NCBI GenBank assembly: GCA_002269645.1
Contig: NIVC01000368.1
Coordinates: forward strand, 269,864 to 333,863
Direction of reading: 5' to 3'
Source: Macrostomum lignano
Taxonomy: Eukaryota
Length of the DNA: 64,000 bases
This document shows, in pieces, positions 23,873 to 35,706 of this stretch; the stretch's first letter is position 1; each line of letters begins with the position of its first letter. The notes beneath the pieces were generated by a model, which was given only the letters and a program-made list of their open reading frames with translations, had not been told where the DNA came from and did not search any database. The translations under genes were made by a program, and so were the position numbers.

Positions 23873-26724
23873 ATGGCGACAGCGCATCAAGCTGACAATT
23901 ATCAACCAGCTGCTGCTGACACTGCTCATGCCGCTGAGCAAAATGGAGGTCAGCACGCCGATCCAGCTGGTGGCTATGGAGGTGGCGGTAGTGGCGGCAC
24001 CCAACGGGACAACGCTGGCTCCTCATCCACGGCCAGCTCGCGGAGCTCCACCAGCAGCGTCAAGAGCGTCTATCTGTACCGAAACGGTGACGTGTTCGCC
24101 CCGTCGAAGAAGCTTGTGCTGAACCCGCGCCAAACTCGCGACTGGGACGTGTTTCTTGAACAGGCAACTCATTCGGTGAATCCTCTGAGAGGTGCCGTGA
24201 GAACTGTCGTCACGCCGAGGAGGGGTCGGCGCAAAGTGGCTGACCTGGACTCTCTCGAGGACAAGGGGCACTATGTGGTCTTGGCTAGAGGCGAGAGGTT
24301 CAAGCCGATGCCGTGAGTATAGCTGTGCTGCTCCCGCACCTGCTCATTTAGTCAGACACTCACTCCTTCAAGTCAGTCAGTCAGTCAGACACTCACTCCT
24401 TCAAGTCAGTCAGTCAGACACTCACTCCTTCAAGTCAGTCAGTCAGACACTCACTCCTTCAAGTCAGTCAGTCAGTCAGACACTCACTCCTTCAAGTCAG
24501 TCAGTCAGTCAGTCAGTCAGTCAGTCAGTCAGTCAGTCAGTCAGTCAGTCAGTCAGTCAGTCAGTCAGTCAGTCAGTCAGTCAGTCAGTCAGTCAGTCAG
24601 TCAGTCAGTCAGTCAGTCAGTCAGTCAGTCAGTCAGTCAGTCAATCAGTCAGTCAGTCAGTCACTCACTCACTCACTCAAGTCAGTCAGTCAGTCAGTCA
24701 ATCATACTCAATCGCAGGTACGTACCCGAGGATGAGACAGGCGCAGGTCACGGCGGTCCGGAGACGGCGCGGGACCACTCGCCAACAGGCGTCAGCCCTC
24801 GCCGCAATCTGGCTAACAACAGAGTCGTACTGGAGCCGGTAAGAAATTGACTGCACTATATAAATTTGCTGTTTAAAGCTTCCATATATCTCTGCTATTC
24901 ATTCCCCCAGATTCGACCAGTTTTTCACAACAGAAAGCTGATGTCAACCCAGGCCCGATTCAATGCTCAAATAGACGTTATCAGTACTCAGTCTAAGTCT
25001 ATCCGGTAAGTACTGAAAATCACCTTATGTGGCAATAGAATCACGACAATCGTATTGTATTAAATCCGGAAAATTCGCGATTTTCTACTATTCAGAGTCT
25101 ACCGAAATGGTGACGAGTTCACCCCGGCTATTGTCGTACTGCTCAAGCCCAGCGAGCAGGCTTCCATTGATTCCGTGCTCAAAGCTGTCGAAGAGCGAGT
25201 AGTGCTACCATCGAATCGAGCAATTAGAAAGTGAGCACCTTTGAGTACCTCAGATCAGTGTGTATAGGAAAATCAGTTTTAGAGTGTAGCTAAAAGTCAC
25301 TGAACTAAACCATTCAGACTCTACGACATCAGCGGCCGGCGTATTTGGAAGCCGGAGTACATCGAGCACGAGAAGTATTACGTGGCGGCTGGTCACGAGC
25401 CGTTTCTGAGCCGGCCTTACGGGCAGAAACTGCCAGTGCTGATTGTTGGCAAGGCTGATCGCAGGTGAGATTGAGTTTTGTGATTTTCCTGCAACGGTTC
25501 TATGAAAAACACTTTGGGAACAATGAAAAACACATCCCACGCACATACCAGATCCCAAACACATCTCAGATCCCACCACCCATAGATCCCACCCATCTAT
25601 CAGATCCCACCATCGATCAGATCCCAATCACACATCAGATCCCACCCATCCATTAACTTCCACCCACACATCAGATCCCACCCACACATCAGATCCCACC
25701 CACACATCAGATCCCACCCATCCATCAGATCCCACCCACCCATCAACTCCCACCTACCCATCAGATCCCACCCACACATCAGATCCAACCCACTCATAGA
25801 TCCCACCCATCCATCAACTCCCACCTACCCATCAGATCCCACCCACACATCAGATCCAACCCACTCATAGATCCCACCCACCCATCAACTCCCACCTACC
25901 CATCAGATCCCACCCACACATCAGATCCAACCCACTCATAGATCCCACCCATCCATCAACTCCCACCCATCCATCAGATCCCACCCACACATCAGATCCA
26001 ACCCACTCATAGATCCCACCCATCCATCAACTCCCACCCATCCATCAGATCCCACCCACACATCAGATCCAACCCACTCATAGATCCCACCCATCCATCA
26101 ACTCCCACCTACCCATCAGATCCCACCCACTCATAGATCCCACCCACCCATCAACTCCCACCTACCCATCAGATCCAACCCACTCATAGATCCCACCCAT
26201 CCATCAACTCCCACCTACCCATCAGATCCCACCCACTCATAGATCCCACCCACCCATCAACTCCCACCTACCCATCAGATCCCACCCACACATCAGATCC
26301 AACCCACTCATAGATCCCACCCATCCATCAACTCCCACCCATCCATCAGATCCCACCACCTTAAATGCACAACTGCAAGCTGGTTATTGTATACTAATAA
26401 AATTTATGTCTGTTAATCGGATGTCTGACGTTCACAATTTGTAAAACTCTCGTGAACATTTATTCACCGCCACGTCCAGTCAGTATTCAAGTAAGTACCT
26501 GAGAAGATGGCAGATGAAACTGCTCAACATTAGCAGTCCGCTTACAGATCTCAGCTGTATAAATGCGTGAGTGGTAGTCGAATAGCTAAATAGGCAATTC
26601 GTCTACAAAAACATATCTTAGTGAGACCTCGGTTAGATATTTATTGCATATTATATCATCAAATTCACTGTCTGGTACAGCAGGGCTATTCATTTATGCT
26701 GGCTAGTTAGTCCTTATCTGTTTA

Positions 26725-26783
<59 letters not shown>

Positions 26784-26818
26784 TTCTGTCTGTCTGTCTG
26801 TCTGTCTGTCTGTCAGAG

Positions 26819-26865
<47 letters not shown>

Positions 26866-27844
26866 TGTGTTGTGTTGTGTTCTGAAAAAAACGTCATGCA
26901 CACGGAGGCTGTATGACCTAAGATTTTGCACTGAAACCTTTATTATTTTGCACTGACTTAGTATGAAGCGGAGTACAATGAGAAGCCATCAGATATTCAA
27001 GATTAACCTTGATTGCCTTGGTTGCCCCCTGGTGGGCAGTCAATGAATTATTAATTTTCATGCGAACTTGCATCTCCCGTGCAGCTCTGGTCTGCTAGGG
27101 ACATTATTTATGCTTTTACGACTTCGTACGTAAGCTTGACCCAGTTGGCGTTGCCATGGTTGCGAAAAAGCACGCGCTTCAATGTTTTGTATATAAAGTT
27201 GTTAATTTCATTGCATGGTTTCTATGAAGATGTTAATGAAATTTAACCCACCCCCTGCTGTGTTTAAAAAAATATTGCTACAGCGAAATTCACGCTTGGT
27301 AAAGGAAATTTCGTACTTCATCTTTACTTGGCTTTAAAAGTAGTGCTTGCATTTTTTTAAATTTTTAAAAATGTTTTTTTCATCTTCCTCAAAGACCTCG
27401 ACGTCAGAAACTATATGTTAGAAGCCTGCCTTCAACATCATGCATTACTAACAGTAGCTAGTTGCCAACTGGCTTGTTTTTCGTACTTTCGTGCATGGTA
27501 TTATGCATTTTACTAAAACATTTCGAACTGTTACGTTAAAATACTAATTCATGGATAATTACATAATTTTCGATGTTCTCAACAACACCGCGCAGGTCCA
27601 CTATCAAGTACTTGGCTCAGCCAATCACACCTGCCAAGGATTCTTCAAGAAGGTAAGAGTTACACAAGGACGTTGGTAACCAACAAGTTTTGAAATGTAT
27701 GAAGATCTTAAACTAAGAATTCTGTGGCTTCAAAATAGTTAAAGTAGCTATAACGAACATACATACTTTGAATTCTTAGCTCATTGCTTCGGCATCTTAC
27801 AAAAAACATATTTTAGACCAAAGGACAATCAACAACAACAACAA

Positions 27845-27875
<31 letters not shown>

Positions 27876-28935
27876 CAGCGAAGCAACAACAGTCTCAAGC
27901 TAAAAAGCCAACTAAGGTAATCAAAAACCGTTTACTTGATTGTAGTACTGAGTGTACATTTTTAACGCTGAGCAAGGGGCGAATTCAGTAGCTCAGTTGT
28001 GCTCAAGTTGTCTAACTGTCGCACCAGTGTATAAGCTTTGAGTTGGAATCCGTGCACGGCATGAATTATTTTCATTAATTTCGGGCAGGGCACGAGCAAA
28101 TTCGCCTTGTGCACGTCTTGTGCACGTCTCAGGACATGAGCGAATCGGGCCATGACTGCGTCATACTTCAGTTCCTGTTATTTTTCGTAAAGTTGAAGAG
28201 GTCGACTCAATCTTTATTCAAATACCGACTCGCAGAGTTCGAACAATTTCCAAGCATTTGACGACGATTCAACCGGCAATGAATCAGATGCTGATGCTGA
28301 GCAGCGATCAGCATCTCATGTTGACCTGCGGCTTCATCATGATGATGAGGCTGAATCGCACTCACATTGGCCCAACAATGATCAGGTCTTGCTATTGTAT
28401 TTTAGCCTTGTTGTGGCTCTTTCCGTATCTAGAAGCGAACAAATTAGCATTTTTGTTCACCACTTTGACACTAATTTAAAGTTGATTTTTTTACCAAACT
28501 ATTGAATATAAGTCGAAATGAAATTTCCTTAGATTTGTTGTTCTATCGTAGACATGCCAAGTTATCGTTTCTTATGTAGCATGATCACTCAAAATGCACT
28601 TAAATTACATATCATAATCGTTGTTGTGCATTGATGTCGCACTCAAATGTCATGGCAACAAAACGTTACTCACCCATAGCACGAAATAAAAGCTGTTAAA
28701 TATCCTCACCTCAGGCTGAGAAAGAGCAGGCCGCTAGCCAGATACAATCGAGTGTCAAAGGCTTCAAGACTAGGAAGACCGCTGCCGAGAAGCAGACTGC
28801 TCAACCCGTGCAGATCCAGTCGGATAAAAACAATTCGAAGGCTAATCAGCCCCCAAAGAAGCCGCAGCAGCAGAAGCAGCAACAGCAACAGCAGCAGCAG
28901 CAACAGCAGCAGCAGAAGCAGCAACAGTCGCAACC

Positions 28936-28972
<37 letters not shown>

Positions 28973-29139
28973 CAGAAGCCAGTCCAGGCAGCCAGCACAG
29001 GGGAAAAGGACAAAGCTGCCACAACAATCCAGAGCAGCATTCGAGGCTTCGATACAAGAAAGGCCGCGGCTCAGAAGGTGACCCAAAGACCGGTGGAAGT
29101 GAAGCCAGACCAGAGCAACTCCAAGGCCAACAAGCAGCC

Positions 29140-29183
<44 letters not shown>

Positions 29184-32100
29184 ACAGCGGCAATGATAAA
29201 GACAAAGCTGCCACCACTATTCAGAGCAGCGTAAAAGGCTACCAAGCTAGAAAATCTGCCGCTGAAAAAGTTGGCGCCAACGATGGCAAGCAGCAACAAC
29301 AGCAGAAGCAACAGCAACAGCAGAAGCAGCAGTCAACGCCGCAAGAGTTGGACAAGGCCGCCACAACGATTCAGTCGGCTTACAAGGGGCATCAGACTAG
29401 GAAGCAGGCTGTAGCAAAATCTGCCGCTAAGACGCCTCAACAGCAGCAGCAGCAGCAACCCCAGCAGCAGCAAGGAGCCACAGCCAAGCCCGAAAAGACG
29501 CCGTCAGAAGCGGCCGCCGCTGGCAACATTCAAGCCGCGGTGAACAGCTACAAGACTAGGAAGGACGCCGCCAAGTCTGAGGCCTCCAAACAGCAGGCGA
29601 CGACTTCTGGTGCAAATCAGCCGTCTCAGCAGCAGCAGCCGCCGCCGAACTAACGGTCTGAATTATTTAAAGCGTAGCTACCGTAGCTCGTACTTGGCAA
29701 GCAGCTCCCGGTTACTGGTAGTAACAGTTGCTAGGAGGAATTGAAACCCCAAACTAACAAAGATTAAAAAATATTTAACGCTGATTTTCGCGCTTACATG
29801 GTTAACTGAATTACTTTAATTAATCACGCTTTTCTCACTTAAATTTTCTCACTAATTTTGCTTGCTGTATATTGCTGATTAATATTTAATTTGACTCAAT
29901 AAGCTAAATAAGATTTTGAGTAGCTAATCTTGATTCTCTATACTTCCATTACTTCCTAACCTATCTACGTCCATAGTTCTACTTAACCAACCACTTCCTG
30001 ACTCTGCCTACCCAATCTACCCAACCACTTCCTGACTCTGCCTACCCAATCTACCCCAACACTTCCTGATTCTGTCTACCCAATCTACCCAACCACTTCC
30101 TGACTCTGCCTACCCAATCTACCCCAACACTTCCTGATTCTGTCTACCCAATCTACCCAACCACTTCCTGACTCTGCCTACCCAATCTACCCCAACACTT
30201 CCTGATTCTGTCTACCCAATCTACCCAACCACTTTCTGACTCTACCTACCCAATCTACCCGACCACTTTCTGACTCTACCTACCCAATCTACCCGACCAC
30301 TTTCTGACTCTACCTACCCAATCTACCCGACCACTTCCCGACTCTACCTACCCAATCTACCCGACTCTGCCTACCCAATCTACCCGACTCTGCCTACCCA
30401 ATCTACCCAACCACTTCCTGACTCTGCCTACCCAATCTACCCCAACACTTCCTGATTCTGTCTACCCAATCTACCCCAACACTTCCTGATTCTGTCTACC
30501 CAATCTACCCCAACACTTCCTGACTCTGCCTACCCAATATACCCCAACACTTCCTGATTCTGTCTACCCAATCTACCCCAACCACTTCCTAACTCTGTCT
30601 ACCCAATCTACCCAACCACTTCCTGACTCTGCCTACCCAATCTACCCAACCACTTCCTGACTCTGCCTACCCAATCTACCCCAACACTTCCTGACTCTGC
30701 TTACCCAATCTACCCCAACACTTCCTGATTCTGTCTACCCAATCTACCCCAACACTTCCTGATTCTGTCTACCCAATCTACCCCAACACTTCCTGATTCT
30801 GTCTACCCAATCTACCCCAACACTTCCTGATTCTGTCTACCCAATCTACCCCAACACTTCCTGATTCTGTCTACCCAATCTACCCCAACACTTCCTGATT
30901 CTGTCTACCCAATATACCCCAACCACTTCCTAACTCTGTCTACCCAATCTACCCGACTCTGCCTACCCAATCTACCCGACTCTGCCTACCCAATCTAAAC
31001 CAACACTTCCTGATTCTGTCTACCCAATCAACCCCAACCACTTCCTAACTCTGTCTACCCAATCTACCCGACTCTGTCTACCCAATCTACCCGATTGGGT
31101 AGATCTAACCACTTTCTGACTCTACCTACCCAATCGACCCAACCACTTCTCGACTCTACCTACCCAATCTACCTGACCACTTCCCGACTCTACCTACCCA
31201 ATCTACCCGACTCTGCCTACCCAATCTACCCGACTCTGCCTACCCAATCTACCCGACTCTGCCTACCCAATCTACCCCAACACTTCCCAATATACCCCAA
31301 CCACTTCCTAACTCTGTCTACCCCAATCTACCCGACTCTGCCTACCCAATCTAAACCAACACTTCCTGATTCTGTCTACCCAATCAACCCCAACCACTTC
31401 CTAACTCTGTCTACCCAATCTACCCGACTCTGTCTACCCAATCTACCCGACTCTGCCTACCCAATCTACCCAACCACTTTCTGACTCTACCTACCCAATC
31501 GACCCAACCACTTCTCGACTCTACCTACCCAATCTACCTGACCACTTCCCGACTCTACCTACCCAATCTACCCGACTCTGCCTACCCAATCTACCCGACT
31601 CTGCCTACCCAATCTACCCGACTCTGCCTACCCAATCTACCCCAACACTTCCTGATTCTGTCTACCCAATCTACCCCAACCACTTCCTAACTCTGTCTAC
31701 CCCAATCTACCCGACTCTGCCTACCCAATTTACCCAACCACTTTCTGACTCTACCTACCCAATCGACCCAACCACTTCTCGACTCTGCCTACCCAATCTA
31801 CCCAACCACTTCCCGACTCTACCTACCCAATTAACCTACTAATCTAATACTTCATAGCTTCACTTGCATCAATCTTTCCATTCTAGAAGCATATCTAAGC
31901 CGCCTTTATCCAAGAAACCTCTTTCTCAGCTAATCAAACAATCCTATTCAATTAGTTTAGACCTCTCGCACAGCGTTTGTTGCTAAATTGGCCATGCAGT
32001 GCAAATTTCTAACGCCTCGCACTTACAGCGCGCAACCAATAGCAACGCCGCACTAACCAACGGCGATGGCTCTGGTCAAGGTGGCAACGCCACTTACAGA

Positions 32101-33006
32101 GCTCCGCTGGCATCACCGCCGCCTCAACAACGCAATGATTTGTCGTCACCAACTAACCAAGACGCTAATCTGATAAATGGCCAACACGCTAACGATAGTC
32201 GCTTTGATTTTAACCAAGATGATGATTATAATGCGGTAATTATATTTTAGGGATAAATTATAGCTAATTATATCGATTACCTATATGCTTATGTAGTGCG
32301 CCGTCAGATTATTGATTTAGCTCGTATAGTCTAAGACTTTAATAATTATGGCTTAGTTATTTTTAGCCTAATTGGACCTTTACGTAACCATATTGTACCT
32401 ACTCGTAACTGACTGTACCTACTCGTAACTCGATTGTACCTACTCGTAACCTGATTGTATCTACTCGTAAACTGAGTGTACCTACTCGCAACTTGATTGC
32501 ACCTACTCGTAACCTGATTGTACTTACTCGTAACCTGAGTGTACCTAATCGTAACTTGATTGTACCTACTCGAAACTTGATTTTACATTATCTACTCGTA
32601 ACCTGAGTGTACCTACTCGTAACCTGAGTGTACCTACTCGTAACCTGAGTGTACCTACTCGTAACCTGGGTGTACCTACTCGTAACCTGAGTGTACCTAC
32701 TCGTAACCTGAGTGTACCTACGATCGTAACTAAGTACCCTAGATACCAGCTACAAAGAAATCGAGTTCATAGGTACTGTAGGCCGTGTAATACGCATTTA
32801 CCTGTAAGAATTAGCTATAGAACAGCTGACAGAACAGTAATGATCAATTTAAGCTAAATAAAAAAAATTATTGCATTCTCATCCCACAGCAGGCAGACTT
32901 TGACTATGTGCACCATCAAGCGGCCACTAAGATCCAAGCTAATTATCGCGGCTACATCACCCGGAAGCACCTGGCAACGAATAGCAATTCTAATAACTCT
33001 ACATAA
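23873..33006 (+). CDS. DCDC2: DCDC2-like tandem doublecortin-domain protein with a polyQ, multi-IQ C-terminal tail
   Basis: Exons 23873-24312, 24718-24838, 24911-25005, 25096-25230, 25318-25464, 27596-27652, 27817-27916, 28236-28385, 28715-29653 (stop) or -29609, then 32000-32235 and 32890/32893-33006. DCX1 is VYLYRNGDVF..GAVRTVVTP..GHYVVLARGERFK. DCX2 is RVYRNGDEF..AIRKLYDISG..YYVAAGHEPF. Phases are consistent through exon 9. The symbol indicates family resemblance, not proven orthology. Confidence 0.85.
24349..24702. repeat. (TCAG)n microsatellite plus flanking 27-bp units, DCX gene intron 1
   Basis: Direct observation. Confidence 0.97.
25555..26357. repeat. C-rich minisatellite, ~18-bp subunits (CAGATCCCACCCACACAT) with higher-order structure
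   Basis: Direct observation. Confidence 0.95.
26722..26865. repeat. (TCTG)n microsatellite, possibly part of a HINE-like element extending to ~27200
   Basis: The microsatellite is directly observed. The element assignment is only by recalled layout. Confidence 0.85.
29960..31832. repeat. Minisatellite, ~35-bp unit (CTACCCAATCTACCCAACCACTTCCTGACTCTGC) with 22-bp deletion variants
   Basis: Direct observation. Confidence 0.96.
32385..32730. repeat. Minisatellite, 21-bp unit (TGTACCTACTCGTAACCTGAG)
   Basis: Direct observation. Confidence 0.95.
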
Positions 33007-35706
33007 AAAGATCAGTGAATTAATTATTTTTTATTTGTAAACAAAGTATAGGACACTGTTTATTTTGTTTTTTTTTCCTGTGGTCGGATAACACCTATAG
33101 ATGTACTTTTCTATCTTAAACTATTAACCTTCTTCCCGAAACAAGTTTATTATTTTTAATCCAGCTCTTTGCATCCCAATAAAGTTTGAACGCTGTTTAG
33201 GACCTGCAGCGCTCTTTATTAATTGTTTAACTTTTATTGTTTTATTTTAAATTGACTTCGATTTTAGAAGTATTTTTCGTTCACTTGAAACTAAAATCTA
33301 TGAATTGATAATTGATCACCGTTGTGTTAACTTTCTGCTGTATTTTTATCTGCTATAGTAGTAAACAAGGTGTTAATAATATTGAAATTTAACGTAATAA
33401 ACCAACGCAAATCACAAAACCCTTGACCAATCACGTTCATTTCCCAGAATTTGCACAATCCTTTTTATTTTACAATAGGCTGTAGAGCCTTCTTGTTGAG
33501 ACTAAAATACATATGATGATTTAAGTGGTATTTTAACGTTTCGAGATCTCTAATTTTTACAGTCATGAGTCGTTAAAAAATCTTCTAAGCTGCAGTCGTT
33601 GACTTCCAAAGTAGCTTTTAATTTATTCAATAAGATTCTGAACTGAAAAGTCTAAAACAATGATTTTAAAAAAATAGACAACTCGTTCTGCATCTTACGT
33701 GTTCAAGTTCATCGTTTTTTACGAACTAACTACGACCTATGAGCTAATAAGACAATGATTCTCAGTCCTCAACGTTGCGTATGGTCAAAGGCCATTCTAG
33801 AACATTGCTCTCAGATATCTATTTTGAAGGTATATAGCTATCGATTTAGCTTACCGAAATGATCCCCGTGAGTGTTATAATAAGTATAATTATTTCTAAA
33901 TTTGAACCTACAGTGACATGATTCAGGCTAGTCAAGTGACTATAAGTCTGCCACAAACTAGACGCGAGATCCAAAGCACTTGGCTTCCGTGCAAAAAATA
34001 GAATTGTAGAAGGACCACTGTACGCAGTACGCTTGTATAACAGGACGTACGCTAAAATATCGTATAATTTTTAATGCCGATTTCCTGGAAAAAACACACT
34101 TCAGAGATACGAAATTTAGCCACTGCATTCGATCTGTGGCTTTTTAAAAGATTACTATTATTTTACGTTAGCATGCAGAACATGATGTTACTCTGTTTTA
34201 TTTTATGTATCTGTGTAGTAAAGGTTTCTTTTTTTCAAATTATTTTCTTTTTGTTACATAATCACAGACCCAAAGCATTGTTAAATACTCGCAAGTGGTA
34301 TGCGTTTAATTTTTAGTTTTGTTTCTTCCTGAATCAAATTTTTAATAAAAAGTAACATGCTACATAATCTTCATTCACTGCCCCAGATCAAATGCAATCA
34401 TTGGTTTCATGATGAAAAAAATATTCTTCATACCTTTGCAATGTTATAGTTTTTTTCAGGAAACTGCCCTCCAAAAAATTCACGATATTTGAGTTTTATC
34501 TTCTGGTATACTACGGTGGTCCTTGGGATTGGATCGGACTGCACGAGTCATGTTTGGCACTAGCAGAACTACGCACTCAGTGATGAGTCATAGGGGAATG
34601 AGTCATGAAGGTTCTAGTTAGGTAGCTCGAGAGATAGTTAAGCATGTACATTCTGAGAGCAAATTAATTAAAGCAGACCTATCCTTGATACACAAAGTAA
34701 CAAACTAAATAAACTAAGCGAAGTTTTTAATTGCATTCAATAAGATTTCTTAGAAAATGAAAAGGTTGTGGATCAGAATAGACATAGGTCTATTTTTTAG
34801 CTAGAAAAATAAAACTATAGCTGCTCGATGTACCAAAATTACTGAAATAAATAAAAGCTTACAAAACAAATATTAATTGAACTAACTATAGCTATGCACA
34901 ACTATAATGCACAAAAATAACTGCAATAAGTTGTGAAGCCTGCGATCAGTTTTAATTCACTTTGACATGAGTGTGCTCAAGTGTACATAGACCAGATTAA
35001 AGGAATGAAGGTTACGTGTATGTCGCCTTATACAATTGTCATATTGAATGAAGTAGATAAAAATCTGTCACGATATCAATTGCTTTATATAGCTTTGATA
35101 AAAAAACTTTCAAACAAAAGCTGATGAAGGAGAGTATGGATGAATTGTAAAAACACAATGGTGCACGTATGACATTTGTAACTTGTCAAGCGCCAACTAC
35201 GAGAGAGTTTACTTACAGCTGGACAACGATGCACTGGTAGCATATACAATTATATTTACGTGTAGACATGCTATAAGGTAACTTTAATTTGAAAAAAATA
35301 TTACACTTTTTCAATTACCATGTAATGGTATATCATCACCTACACAGACATACTTACCATTACGCAACAGTGACTTCAACTTGTCATTTTAGTGGGTAAA
35401 TTATCACTGTACACAATGTCTACTGGTCTTTAACCGCTAACCTAAGCACCCTGAACACTGACGCGGTACGCAAGGCACTCGCTCACACAGAATGTTCACG
35501 ATAATTTGCGTGCACAATTAAGCCAAAATTCATTTGCAGCTCGAATTCGACATCTTTATATACCGTTGTGTGCTGCTCTGCCATTCTTTTCCACGTGGCT
35601 ACTAGACGGGTCATAGGCTTACTTCAATTGTCAAAATAAAAAAAACTGTCAATGAAAACCAAACTAGAAAAACAAATGAATCTTATCAAAGTCTCATTTG
35701 AGTCTT

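Noticed and set aside
28706-29317. Poly-Leu, poly-Cys and poly-Ala ORFs
   Set aside because: These are antisense or alternate-frame readings of CAG/CAA polyglutamine codons.
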